Shown piece by piece: positions 17,691 through 32,099 of a stretch of 64,000 bases of DNA. The notes under the pieces are model-generated. The model saw only the letters and a list, made by a program, of their open reading frames with translations, was not told the origin of the DNA and made no database searches. The stretch is from the human T2T-CHM13v2.0 reference genome, Homo sapiens, in assembly GCF_009914755.1 (NCBI RefSeq), contig NC_060937.1; one strand, given 5' to 3'. Made by a program: the position numbers and the translations under genes. Positions within the stretch are counted from its first letter, which is position 1. Every line of letters starts with the position of its first letter.

Positions 17691-19114
17691 TAGATAATGA
17701 CAGTAATTTTTTTAATTCCATAAAGCATTAGTGACATCAGTGATTAGTTATGATAAAAATATGCAACAGATTTCCTAGAAACAAAATGATATAGACTTAT
17801 TTTAGTAAAAATATTTGTTGAACTTTTAAAGGTTTTGCACTTACCTTGCTGCTTACTGTCAGCTTGATTCCAAACTTTTACCATGTGAGCTAATGTGTGA
17901 GGATTGTGAACAACAGCAGTTCTTACCTATAGGGCATACTACAGGTGAGGTAGTGAGCTCATTAGATCTCATTAGCTCATGTAAGTCAGTTCTAACAAGA
18001 GGCTATGAGGAAAATTTAGGGAAATTCAAGAGTAATGTGGAAGATATTCTAGGTGACCCTTTTATTTCTGAGGCAAATAAAAAAAATCCCTGCAAGATGG
18101 AAAATGAACTAATCAAAAACTATGGAATTTGATAAAACTGCATTATTTAATGTACCATTTAATTCAGTTCAGTCCAATTGAATTTAGCAAATATTTATTG
18201 AATATCCACGCAAAACTTCAATGACAGTATTAGCATATGCAAATTATGCATAAACATTACAGTGAGATTTAGAACACTCGTGTCACATAGTAGGATTTTT
18301 AAAAGATTTAAACTAACAATATTATACATGTTCTTTGCCTCTCTCTTGGACTTATAACTTCTATATCATGTATTGATAAGAAATGTATATAGTCAGTATT
18401 ATAAAATTGTTGCCTAAATTAACTTTGCTTATATTATTAAGCTTTTTTTATGCCTAACTTATATTTAGAATTCAAGGACACAGAATCTCAAGCAGCAAAC
18501 TATCTTTAAATTATTTTATAATTTTATATTTCCTTATATTTTAAATACTATGAACTTCTCTTTATTACTTACAGTTACCATTCTTTTCCTCAAGAAGTTT
18601 ATAGTTTTTCTAAAAAAGTATTGTTAAACATCATATATCACAATTAAATAACCTTGTCCTTGTTTTCCCAACTCTGCCTACTTCATTGCTTTAAGGCCAC
18701 ATCTTCTCACTGTAGCATGCCTTGATAATGATGTTTGGTTTATAAGGCATACTCCCAAGGAAGCAAAGAACTCATTTATCTATCTATGAATCATTGTTCT
18801 GTATAAAATAGGAATCCAAACCATATATCCTATGCCTTAAACATCAATTTGCAGAAACTAAAAATGCTCGTAATCACAATTTGAATTGCCTTTTGTAAAT
18901 TAAGTAGCATTAGCAAAATGATAGCATGCCAATCCATCTCAGCTAATGTGAAGTTTCTATTAAAAACAAATATCAATAACATTTAATAAGGGGACATCAA
19001 AAATATATTGAACATAGAATTATAGCACTAATGTACTCTTCTGCTGCACAGGGAAGAGTTAGAATTTCCAGTGGTAAAATAATTAATATATGCCTTAAAA
19101 TTTACATACCACAG

Positions 19115-19250
19115 TCATATTTAATCTTACTTGATCCTGACAATAACACTATAAGGTAGGAATTAGTACTGTTATTATGTTTTATATAATAAGTTCAAGG
19201 TCAAAATGAATGATTTGTCAGTGGCCATATACCTGCCATTGCAGAGCCTT
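19115..19250 (-). mobile_element. MIR relic
   Basis: ttgatcctgacaataacactataaggtagg...tgatttgtcagtggccata. Confidence 0.55.
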
Positions 19251-19281
19251 TACCTAATTTTTTCAGTAGCATGACTGTGTC

Positions 19282-19468
19282 CGTTGTTCTCAATCTTGGG
19301 GCCTATTATTATCATTTGGGGAGGTTTAGAAAAAAACTCTCGTATTCCCAACTCTCAGGTTAATTGAAATAGAATTTCTGAGTATAGAACTTGGGTATTG
19401 ATAGTAAAAATAACAAACAATTTGCACTCTTCTAATTCTAATGTGGCAATCAGTTTTGAAAACCAATG
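19282..19468. mobile_element. MER5A/B-like hAT MITE
   Basis: Termini gttgttctcaatctt and ttttgaaaaccaatg; internal aaatagaatttctg and aattctaatgtg. Confidence 0.6.
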
Positions 19469-21393
19469 TACTGGTAGTTAGGTTCAATAAATGTAGCTTA
19501 ATGAATGAAGATGGTAGAGGAGGAGAATGCTAACATGTGGAACAAATCTCCTTACTCATATATTCAAGCATAACTAAGACTGTTACAAGTGGGAGAAGAA
19601 AACTAAAGTGATATGTTTGCCTTGAGGGGAGAAGTAACATGCTTGTCCATAGGAGGTAGATATTATCACTAGGGTAGCAGCTATATATGGTAGAGAAAAA
19701 AACAAAAAAAAATATTGGTATTGCGAAAACTAAAACGCTTTGTTTGGGTGATTACCTTTTGTCGTCATTACTTGAGGGTTCTGATTTTTTCATCACCTGC
19801 TCTTTCTATTCTACCTGATATTGCCATTACTCTCTTCATTTTTCTTTGTAATTTTTCAAATGAATTCTTTGCTTTCAATTTTATAGCATCAACTTGTCTG
19901 TGTTTAAAATTCTCTGTAAAGAGTCTTGAAATCTTAAGGGAAAACATGCAACAGCAGTCTAATCAATCAACCACAGCAGGCAGAGCTGTGTTGGGACACA
20001 ATACTAAGAGTTTTAATAAGAGCCTTGAGTACTCATTTGCCCAGATTGTGGTTTTTCAAAAAATATATAAGACAGGTAATTCATTCTGCCAAGGCTACAA
20101 GTTTCCTCCTGTCCTGTTATCAGCCAATAAAATGTCTCCTTTCTTTATTCAGAATACATTCTTTATATTCTTCTACATGTTGTTACACCACCTTTGGTCT
20201 AGAAGAGCATAGTGGTTTTGCTTTGAAGCCTATTAAAAGATAAAATTTTATTATTTATGTTTTCTTATCCTTTAATTGGGTGGTTTTATTCTTTTCTTAA
20301 TGTGCTTGAATCAATCAATTTTAAGTAGCTAACAAATATTTGATGATTCTTGTTCTGGGAAAAGTTAAATAGTTCTAGTGGTCTGTAGTTTATTCAAAAT
20401 AAGTTTGGTATGTGAGGGTCAAAAATATTTGACGTGAAAACTTTTGAGAGTATACTGAGATTCTGAAATTATAACAAAGGAAGTCTTCTGGTTTAGGATG
20501 ATTGGTAAATATTATCACCAAAAACACTTAAAACAAAGATTATATTTCTGGGGCATTGTTTAGAAATTGTTGCTTATAGAGAAAAAAATCATCCCTATCT
20601 TACCTTCCCCCACTCCAAACGCTCATTTATTTTTTAAAAACAGTGGTCTTGGTTAGATAAAGGATAATCACGTTCTTCTGGATTTTCATGACAATTTTAT
20701 TTTATTATGAAGTTTTCTTCGAAATTCTCTTTCTCCTATTTATTCTTTTATGCTTGAGGGCTGTTGGGTGCTTGTTATTTTTTTCATTTTGCTTTTATTT
20801 TTGTTGTTGTTATTGTTTGTCTTTAGTGCTCTTCTGTCATCTCAAATTAATCTTTATTACATTCATATATTGGGACATAATTTTGAGTAGTTCTTCATAT
20901 TTTACTTCATATATTTCCTGTTGATATTTGACATGTATAAAGATGTTAGATTAGTAGCGTAAAACTCTTGGAGAAGAAAGTTTGAAGAAAATCACTTAGA
21001 AGTACAAGAATGGCACACATTCTATACTTCAATGAAAATTTAATTTTTAGCCCTATAGCACATTGTATCAGAGAGCAAATAAACTTTTAAAAAATGATTG
21101 CTGCAGCATCAGTCACCTACTAAAGCCACATTGGTTTTGAGAGATGCAAATGTGGCCATTAAGTTAACTAATCAAAGATCTGGGAATTCTATTCTGTAGT
21201 ACCAATCTCTGTCTTTACAGTTAATAATATAGAAACTAAAAAAGGTTTGAAAAGAACAACATTTGACTCCATTTATGAAAATATTTATAATGTTTTCATG
21301 TGAATAGATTCAATTTAGAGTTACATATTTCATTTTTAATATCCTTTTTTATTATGATTGTTAGCAATACATGGCAGCTCTCAACATAAAATA

Positions 21394-21398
21394 TGTGC

Positions 21399-21477
<79 letters not shown>
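21394..21477. repeat. Compound microsatellite (TG)n(TA)n
   Basis: TG run followed by about 60 bp of TA with one C interruption. Confidence 0.97.
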
Positions 21478-22399
21478 CCTTAATGTACATTGCCAACATG
21501 ATATGTTAACATTTAACTCCCTATTTTTGTTCACGTTAATAGGAAATAAGTTACCCATTTTCTCTCTGGAAATATCACCCCAGCATAGCTAAAACAGCAT
21601 TTAGCAAGAAACATGTTACTTCTCACATCTAAGATTCAATATCAAATTTAGTATTTCTGATTTTAGTAGGAATCCTGCCTAGGGAAGGATTGCTGAATAA
21701 ACCCTAATTAATGCAATATTTTACTTGTGACAAATTTTCTGTAGACTGAGGTTTAGAAAATAAAACTCAATCTTGTGACTTATTTGCTTCAGATAAGAGG
21801 AAAATAGATCAAGAAAAACAAAAATTTGATTTCTCAGTCATGTTATTTTTAAATAAGTTTTCCAGTACACATTGTAAATTGTACAAACGTATATCATTAG
21901 CCAAGAAAAATTAGATATTGTATATTCAAAGACCAATGATGGGAGTGCTTACCCCACACTGCCACTGACCAGATATTGCTGGTAATAGGAGATATATAAA
22001 AGAAAAAGAACATTTCTGTATTACACTGAGTTAGGAAAATATAACATCTGCAAATTTTCCCTAGATATCAGTCATTAGATTTTCAAACTGCTAATTTTCA
22101 GCAAAGATACATACTAATAATCAAAACTTGTTTATATATGGTTAATATTATCTCTGATTCATGGGATTATATGCACATGCTAGAGTTTTCTTGTATTATG
22201 TACAAATACAAAGTTGAAAATGTATTAAAAATGTTGATATGCCAAATTGTTTGCTGCATATGAATTTAAATCATATATTTATATTTTAAAAATGATTTCT
22301 GTCAAGTTCCAGATTTATTAAATGGTGACAATTTCAAAATCAGTGTATGTAATTTTAATAAAGCATATATTTTAATTACTTTCTAGCATTTTAAAGGTT

Positions 22400-22695
22400 A
22401 TTTATTTTTTTTGAGACAGAGTCTTGCTCTATTGCCCAGGCTGGAGTACTGTAGTGCAATCTAAGCTCGCTTCAACCTCTGCCTCCCAGGTTCAAGTGAT
22501 TTTCCTGACTCAGCCTCCGAAGTAGCTGGGTTTACAGGTGCGCACCGCCATGCCTGGCTAGGTTTTGTAGTTTTAGTAGGGACGGGGTTTCGCCATGATG
22601 GCCAGGCTAGTCTCCAACCCCTGACCTCAAGTGATCCACCCGCCTTGATCTCCCAAAGTGCTGGGATTACAGGTGTGAGCCACCGCGCCTGGGCC
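22400..22695 (-). mobile_element. AluS (Sx/Sz-like), full length
   Basis: Antisense dimeric Alu; TSD ttaaaggtt on both sides. Confidence 0.95.
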
Positions 22696-22784
22696 ATTAA
22701 AGGTTGTCTTGTTATGACAGTAATTGAGCAGTTAGTATTACATTATTTTCCAAGATGATCTAATTACAAGCAGATATTTCATAG

Positions 22785-23102
22785 TACACTTGTCCCTCCC
22801 CTTTGAAGAAGATTGGTTCCAGGGCCCTTGCAGAAACAGAAATCGATGAATTCTCAAGTCCCTAATATAAATTGACATACTATTTACATATAACCCACCA
22901 CATCCTCCCGTATACTTTAAATCATCTCTAGAGTACTTATAATACCCAATATAATGCAAATGCAATGTAAATCATTCTTATACTGTATTTATTTTTCTAT
23001 TTTGTTGTATTATTATTTAATTTATCTATTTATTTATTGTTTTAAATGCAAGGTTGGTTGTTTAACAAATGTGACACTCCCGGAAACAGAGGGCCAGGTG
23101 TA
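22785..23102 (+). mobile_element. MER2 (Tigger-family MITE)
   Basis: gattggttccagg, cacatcctcccgtatactttaaatcatctctaga, agagggccaggtgta. Confidence 0.88.
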
Positions 23103-23156
23103 CTATAAGACATACTTTGTTAAAATTATTAAAATTTAATAAAAAGTAGAAAAGCT

Positions 23157-23591
23157 GCTATATTTCTAGGGCTGCCAGCATCTTGGTCGCTTATATCAAC
23201 GTAAATTTATCACTTCACATTTCTAGAGGATGAAAGTCTGAAATCAAAATATTGTTAGGGTGGTGCTCTCTAGGGGAGAATCCTTTCTTACCTCTTCTAA
23301 TTTCTGGTATTTCCCAGTAATCCTTGGCACTCCTTGTTTTATAAATGCATCAATTCAGTCACATAGCCATGTTTTTCCTTATGTGTCTTCGCATGGTTTT
23401 CCCTTTGTGTATGTCTGTGACTGGTTACAAATTTCTCATTTTTATAAGAACACCAGTCAATATTGGATTAAGGTCCACCCTAATAACCAAATTTTAACTT
23501 GATCGCCTGTAATTCTAAATAAGGTCACATTCTGTGGTACTAGAAGACTTCAACATTTCTTTTTGGTGGTGACACAATTTAACCCACAGCA
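23157..23591 (-). mobile_element. MLT1C-like MaLR LTR
   Basis: aagtctgaaatcaa, ctctaggggagaatcc, aaataaggtcacattctg, gacacaatttaaccca. Confidence 0.85.
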
Positions 23592-25839
23592 GCTGCCTAA
23601 GCTAATATGAGTGAGAAAAAATAAGAAAGTATTAATAATCCTTGACAAATTTATAAAAGATGGCATTTTTAAATGAAAACCTCTGAATATTTCCTTTTGA
23701 GTAACTCTTTTTAGATATTTGTCATCCAAAAGTATTTCTCAAAATTCAAGTTTCTCAAAATTCAAATTTCTCAAAAGTCAACATCTCTATTAATCTTAAC
23801 CTTGCTGATTGATCTTTTTGTTGTTATTTATATTATTAAGCTGGTTTTAACTGGCAGTAAGTTTTATCTCTGAAAAAGTAGAATAGATTTATTTTACCCA
23901 GTTATAAATACCCAGTCAAAAATGTTCAAAGATGCGAAAACATACCATCTTCAGAGCTTCAACAATAAATTTATTTTATGGTGATTTCAGGAGTAAAAGC
24001 ACCTTCCAATTACATAAATCATTAATGGTATATGGAATAGAAAACAGTTTGTTTTCTTGTAGTGAGAATTGTTTTAACATGTTTAGTGTTATATGTACAA
24101 CAAGGTCAGATAAGTTTATCATTTACAAGTTAGTGCTTCTTTAATGTCTCCCATTAATAACTATGCCAACTTAAACTTTAAATTTGGTTAACACATCAAA
24201 GTAAATATTTCTTTCTAACCATTTTATATTACTGTTCTCTAGACCTCATAGCAGAAATCTAGAGTTAAGCATCTTCATATTAACTCTAATGGAGGCTAAA
24301 GATTTGTCTTTTGCAATACAACAACTAGTTCATTGCAATCTTGCTCTAGGTCTTAAGGAGGAAAAAGTAAAGAAGAAAAATTTTGTGCAACACATTACAG
24401 TAATTCTTTAATATGTGAAAAAATCACATTGTAACACAGTATGCCATAGTCTCATTGGTTTCCAGGTTGCACAAGATTTTAATGTTTTTATATAGCTTCA
24501 TCTTTCCTTACATATTTCCATATGTTTCTACTACCTCACTTTTAATCAGTCTCATTACATTGTCTGCACAATCAAAACTCAAACTGTTTTATAACTCTTT
24601 AAGCATAGAGCCTCTTATATTTCCTAACTGTGAAATTCTCTGTGATCATTTCTGGTAAGGACAGGCAGCTTTCTATTGAAAAAATAAGTTTCTGTAACTT
24701 AGACTTTCAATCTTTTTCATCTAAATTAAATTGATATATTTGATAGTTGGCACATATTGATTTGCTATCAAATCATATCTCTAGGATGTGCCACATTTTA
24801 TATAAACTTTCTTATAAACTGATATACAAGCATCACTGTACTTTGTAGTTTATTTTATGAGACTACTAAATAAATCACCACTAAAGGAGAATATTGTTAA
24901 GGAAAAATCTTGTTTTAAAAAAGCCCAGTGGAGACACATAAAAGAGAATAGAGAGATAAAAAGACAAAAAAAATCCAAATTGATTATTTTTAAGTTATGA
25001 AGTAAGTATATGGAAATATTGCTACCACAATATAAGAGACAACAATAGACTGGTCAAAGAAAAATTTGGAATCACCTTTTGACTGTACCTACAGTACTTT
25101 TGGTATTGACAAAACAACTTGACTCAAAGTCACTTTGATGTGGCATCTGGGTATGTGGGTGTCTTCCTGTGTATGTGTGTAATAGAATAATTTACTATAG
25201 AATATATGGACATAGCATAGCCTTAATATAACAGATCTCACAGCTTCCTAGAACACTTAGTGTGAGCATTTTTTAAAAGGAACACTACATATTGATTATG
25301 AGGAAAAACTATTTTCTAATATGATGATACAGCTACATTGTACATTTATATGTCTATACAAGCGTGACCAAAAAATGATCAGAGTGTTCATCACAGTCCT
25401 CTGTAACTGTTTTACTTCTTTACGAGTATGTCATCTCCATTTCTCCAGGCAGAAAACATTTAACAGTGTGAAATTACAGAGGAAAAAATATCCCTACCAC
25501 AAAACAAAATGTCCTTCCTGTGTGTATCCCTGCATCACCCAGGAAAAATGAGTGAATGCTTCAGTTTCAAATTCCATACTTTAGAGTCCAAATTTACTTA
25601 AAATGTTTAAATAGTAAAGCAACCATTAAAACTTCTCCAAGTAAATATTAAATGTGTGCAAACACAAAAGATGACTAATATATAAATATTGACCCAATTT
25701 TCTTTTTCTACAAATGTTCTATTAAAATACATACAAATATTAGTGGAAATAAAATTTCAGCTGCAGTAAATATTGTAGGAGTCCACCATTAAAAGTCCCC
25801 AAATGCGGATGGATTACTGAAAAATAGTCATTAAAAGTG

Positions 25840-26002
25840 GTTGAGGCTAAGGGAGAAATAGCATTAGGAGAAATACGTAATGTAGATGACAGGTCAATGG
25901 GTTTAGCAAACCACCATGGCACGTATATACCTATGTAACAAACCTGCATGTTCTGCATATGTATCCCAGAACTTAAAGTATAATTAAAAAAATTTTAAAA
26001 AG
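25840..26002 (+). mobile_element. L1PA (PA7/PA8-like) extreme 3' end
   Basis: atagcattaggagaaatac, gcaaaccaccatggcacgtatatacctatgtaacaaacctgca, tatcccagaacttaaagtataa. Confidence 0.92.
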
Positions 26003-26995
26003 ACATGCACTTAATCCTTGGGATTTTATCATATATAATTTTTATAAATAAGGACTTTATTTAAAAATGTGGTTGAACTGATGGAGAAAAGAGAATAGAG
26101 AGAACTAACATACAAGATGTTTGTAGGCTATGTGAAAGCTTATCTCCTCAAAGACACTGCCATCCAAGTTAGTAAATAAAGGTGATGGGGGCTGACTCTG
26201 GGCTCAACATAAGAGTACTTAACATATGTAAATAACTACTGGGCTAGTATTTCAGAACTTCCTCAATTACATGAAATATCTTGCTGAGAACTATTCCCTT
26301 GGTACCACTGCTATCTATGTAAATTTTGAAGATCAGATTAGGTAAATTTGTAGTGTGGGCATTTGAACTGAAGATTTAATCAGCATAAATCATCAAGATT
26401 TAAAATTAAATTTAAAATGCTTTAATTCTAAAAGTCCTTGGATAATAATTTTTGGCTTGAGGCTAGATTATTGTTATTATTATTCACATTAACATTTGAA
26501 AGTTAATTTTAATAACTTTAAAGTTGACAAAGTGTTTTTTCTTGCTTTAAGTTTAGCAAATTGTTTAGTAGTAATGTGCCTGTAAGAAGATGCTATAGCA
26601 GAAATAATAAATTTTAAACATTCAAATAATATCCATTAAATTTGAATATTTTAGAAAACTGATTCATAAGATACAATTGTATCTTCATTGTAATTTTATG
26701 GAGATAAGATTGATTATAAACATAAATTCTGGTTAAAGGACAAATGTTATTTTATTACTGATATTGATTATTGGATTAGTGAGACATTTATCATGGAATA
26801 TTTAACTAGAGTCATGAAGAATGTCCAAAACATTCCTTAACATTATTTTCAGTTTGAAAGCATTTAGTATAATTTTCTTTTCACACAACAGAAATTTGTT
26901 TCATGGATATGTACTAAAGAAGGAACTGAAAGTCCAGTTAAACAGACTACAGCATTGGCCACAAAAGTCTTTCTAGAACTGTTATCTAAATCAAT

Positions 26996-27133
26996 TTTTT
27001 GTCCATTTTCAATTGCTCTTACCTAACTTTCCCAGCCCCTGCTTCAGGCAAACAAGGTTACTACAAATTAGTTTGCATTTCCAAGAGATTTCTATAAATA
27101 GAATAATATAGTATGCCTTCTTTTGTGTGTTTG
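26996..27133 (-). repeat. Isolated copy of an L1MC 3' UTR segment, duplicate of 27745-27862
   Basis: About 115 bp alignable by eye with 27745-27862, including aaattagtttgcatttccaagag(a/t)tttctataaatagaataatata. Confidence 0.85.
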
Positions 27134-28884
27134 AAAAAGAAAAGGACGAAAATAGAATAAAAGGGTATGAATTTCCAGTTAGAACTTGAAATATTTTTAA
27201 AGGTGCTACAATAAATGGTACAATGTGGCTGACTCAGAAAACTAGTATGAAAAAGAATCACACTGAATATTTTAAAATGAGGGTTCATGTATCTTCTCTG
27301 ACATCAACTGCTGAATAGCCTTGTCAAATGCAATAGTTTAATAAGTGGAACACAGCAGGAAAGGATGGATGTGACAAGAGATAAACTATTTTGGCCTCAA
27401 TTTGTTACATATAAAATGAAGGTGCCCTTCAGGTCTCTTATTCTAACTTGGTGTGTATTGAGTCACATGTGTTTTGCTAAACAAAATTGTTAGAAACTGT
27501 CTAACTGGTATTCACACATTTTGCACAATTACTGAACTGAATTAAATAGTTAAGAAGGAGTAATTTCTGCTCTACAACTTTTCTCTTGTATTTATTTTGT
27601 CTTTTTTAGCAGCTTTATTAAAAAGTACATGGCATATATTAAGTTACACATACTTAAAAGGTGCTATTTGATAAATGTTGACCTATATTTATATCCAGTA
27701 AACCATAACCACAATCAAGACTGTGATTTATCACACTAGAAGTATTTTTTGGTCCATTTGCAATTCCTCTTACCCAACTTTCCCCAGCCTCTGCTTCAGG
27801 CTAACATTGTTACTATAAATTAGTTTGCATTTCCAAGAGTTTTCTATAAATAGAATAATATATTAAGCATTCTATGTTTCACTTCTGTTACTCACCGTAA
27901 TTATTTTGAGATTTATCTATGATGTTGAGTGTGTCAATAGTTTATTTTGCTTTCTTATTGCAGTTACATTTAATTGTCTGAATACTCTACAATTTATTCA
28001 TTCTGCAATTGATTGATATTTGGCTTGTTTCTAGTTTAGAATGATTACAAAAAAGAATGGTGCTATGTTCATTATGTATGAGTTATTGATGTACAAGTCT
28101 TTACGTGGTCATATTCTTCTATTTCTCTTTGGCAAATACCTACAATAGATCCAGGTTGGCTGGATCATATTCTAAGTAGAATGAATTTTAACAACTGTGA
28201 AGCTGTTTCAAGAATAGTTGCACTTTTTCTGTGCCCAATGAAAGTGTGTGAGAATTCCTGTTCCTCTAAATCCTCATCAAGATTTGGTATAATCTGGCTG
28301 TTTAATTTTAATCATTCTGGTATAGGTAGCATTGTCTAATTATGATTTAAATTTGCCTTTTCATAATGACTAATGATATTGAACATTTGTCATGTTCTTA
28401 TTTCGTTATGCACACATTTTCTTTTGTAAATATGTTGTCTGTTCAAGTATTTGGTATTTTTTTAAACTCAATTGTTTGTTTGAATTGAGAGTTTAAAAAA
28501 ATACATATATTACACAAACAAGTACTTTATTCAATATTTACTTTGCAAATATGTTCTCCATTTTGTGGCTTGTATTTTAGTTATATTAACACTCTTTCAA
28601 AGAGACATATTTTTAATTTTGACGAGGTCTAATTTTTTTGATGGACCATAATTTTGGTGTCATATTTAAGAACTCTTTATATAACTCAAGGTTTAAAAAT
28701 TATTATTCTATATTTTCTCATAGAGCTTTTATATGTTCATTAATTTATTGAATTAATTTTAGTTTAAGTTTTGTGGCATGGATCCAAGTTCATCTTTGCA
28801 TATTGACATGCTACATTCCATCTTTATTCATTGAAAGGACTAATCTTTTTCCAGTGAACTATCTCATAAACTTTCTGAAAATAA

Positions 28885-29238
<354 letters not shown>

Positions 29239-29256
29239 TGACATTAGGTGTATAAA

Positions 29257-29796
29257 TGATAGGGACAGGAGGCAGACAAATTCCTAAGCAATCAGGGACA
29301 GGTCCCCAGTGAAACTCGACCTTCAAACCAAGGATGGTCTGAAGGCAGAAAACCAAAGTACCAGATCTGGATAGAGTCCACAAACTGGAGTGAGAACTTC
29401 CATTCCCATTCCCATTTGGTGTGCTCAGCCCCTGATTGGTCCCAGGCCAAGACTTCACTTCAGCCCCTGATTGGTTCTTTACACTATTGTACCTCTTTCT
29501 GAATGGTGCTTTTCCCAAGTCTACCTATAAAGCAATCAGCACACATTTCTCCATTCTAAGCCAATAAAAACCCTGGACTTAGCCTCATAGCCCGCAACCC
29601 ACTTTCAAGTCCCCTCTCACTGTTAAGAGCTTTCTGTTCAATAAAATTTTACTCTGCCTTACTCACTATCTGATAACTGCGTGCCTCATCCCTCTTGGTT
29701 GTGAGACAAGAACTCAGAACTCGCCAAACTGCAGGAGTGAAAGAGCTGTAACATCCCCTCCTGCTTACAAACTATGGGAGTAAAGAAGCCGTAACA
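29257..29796 (+). mobile_element. ERV1-class solo LTR (MER61/LTR9/LTR29-like group)
   Basis: tgatagggacaggaggcag ... gtaaca termini, 4-bp TSD taaa, AATAAA at ~29640, duplicated gtaaca-ending 3' segment. Confidence 0.85.
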
Positions 29797-32099
29797 TAAA
29801 CATTTAGGTTTGTTATGTCATTTGGATTAATTGACTCTTATCTATAAAGTGACTTTTTCTATTTTGTAAATATTATTTATCTGAAATGCATTTTGATGTT
29901 AATATAACCATTCTAACTTCCTTTAGATCAATGTTAGTGTGGTGTTTCTTTTCTCATCATTTTACCTTCAATTGGTTTTTGTCTTTATATTTAACATGTA
30001 TTTCTTCTAGGCAACAGATAGAATTCAATGATTATTTTAATAATTCAGTTTTAACTCCTTTGTTGACTTATTACACATACCTTTTTATTTTCTTATTTTA
30101 GTGGTTTCTCTGGAGTTCCCAGTAACTATTTTTTACTTATTATGGTCTACCTTAAAGTGGTACTAAATCCTTTACACATAAGAACCTTATAGTAATACAC
30201 ATCAAATTCTCTTCTCTCAAACTTTATGCTATTGTTATATATTTTACTTAAATGTGTTATAAGGTCACATCACATTGTTATTTTTGTTTAGTTTATTTTA
30301 AAAATTAATTGGAAAAGAGACACTGCCCATGCAGTTACCATATCTTTTTTCTTTTTATCCTTTTAATTTTTTTAGATCCATATTTTCATCTTGATTCATT
30401 TGCCCCCTGCCTGAAAGTCTTACTTTAACATTACTTACAGAGAGGTCTGCTGATGATGAAGCCTCCAGCCTTTCTAGATCTAAAAACACCTTTATTGAAA
30501 CAAGAGCAGTATTTAGACAGAGCTAAAAGTACTTTATTAGATGCACTACAAATTATAATTTTCTGAGTAGCTGGTTGAGGAATGAATTATTCCATATCCA
30601 CCATAGCCATATAACACTCTTTCCTCTAATCCTTTCTGATGTTTCTCTTCCTAGCTAGGGTTAGTTTCCTCACACATGGTACTTATTAGTCTATTACTGA
30701 ATATGTGTGAAGCACCCGCTGCAGATTTCTGAATTTTCTATTTATCTCTTTTCTTTCCCATACTCTGTCCTATGACTTTTGCTGCTTTGGTCTCCTCAAA
30801 CCCTCAGCTGTCTTCTCAATGTAGAGTCTGCTGGGCTTCATATGCATTTCTCTTCTTTTTGCCACAGCCTGAATACTCACTCTCTCAAGACAGAAGGTTT
30901 GAACAAAGCTGGGTCACTTACTGGTTTATGATCTCTCAAGCATTACTATTCTGCAATGCCTGATGACTAGTGTCTTGAAAACCAATGTTTAAAGGTTTTT
31001 AATTAGCTTTTCTTCTTCTCCCTCTTTCTCTTCCTCCATTGGTCAAGTTAGGAATATAAATCTGGTCCTTGTGTTTTCATCTTGGCTGTTGTAGAAGTTC
31101 TTTCTTGTACTTATTAATTATATTAAAAACAACAACAAGCAAGGGCCACTATGAGCTTGAAAATATAATCTTACCACTTTATTTAGTAAATAAATTGGCC
31201 TAAAATAATATAATTTAATTTTCGGGCTATCTCAAAATGCTTAACCACTTGAGGAATAATTATACAGCTCCTTATTGGTCATTTTTTATCAGAATTAATA
31301 CATTTTAATTTTAATTGTTGGTATTTTAATTTTTATACCTATTACTTCATGGCAAGTGCTCAACTTTTTATGAAGGTTTAATTTCTCTTCAACAACACAG
31401 ACGATTTGTTATGCCATTGTATTAGCTTTCTGAAAGTTCAAGATAAGTTGTGATGTAACTATCACTTATTCAAATGTCAAAATGAAGCCAATTAAATGAA
31501 AACAAGAATTCCATGCTAAAAAGGAATAAGAACAATCATCTAAAAATTTCTTCAACTTCTTTTCTATTAATTATATTAATATATATGGGAATGCTATATA
31601 GATGGCTTGAAAAAATTTCAAAACAATGTTGTATTATCTCAAATAAAGTTATTTATAATCTAAAACTGTGAATTTGTCTATAAATAAAATATATTTTACA
31701 ATGAAGTAATATTAAAATGACAAAAATATTGTTCCATATACTAAGTAAAATTTTGCCTAATAAAAATATTAATATATATGTTCTTATGAAATTTAAAAAT
31801 AACATTTAGAAATCGTCAAATACCTTCATTCCCTTATTGATTTGACATATTGTATATTTAATCATAAAAGCATGCCATTTAAGATTTGTTAGACACCACA
31901 AAGGTTATCTAGCAGAACCACTTTTGCCAGTGGATGAGAAACCTATCGCCCAAAGATTTTCTCACTCAAAGACGCACAGATAATTAAAACCAGAATGCTC
32001 CACATGTAACCAACCATTCACTGAGAAAGGAAATGGTTTGACAGACTGAATCCACATCTCTGCCATTAGGGAGGACCTTAAGCTAGAATTGCAGTACAT

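Noticed and set aside
17893-18132. 79-aa ORF starting MCEDCE (CxxC-like)
   Set aside because: No second metal-binding pair or recognisable homology; consistent with chance.
19715-20212. 165-aa hydrophobic ORF
   Set aside because: Non-ATG start, T-rich compositional bias, no recognisable domain or convincing exon boundaries.
23735-23777. tttctcaaaattcaa repeated about 2.6 times
   Set aside because: Ordinary short AT-rich slippage duplication.
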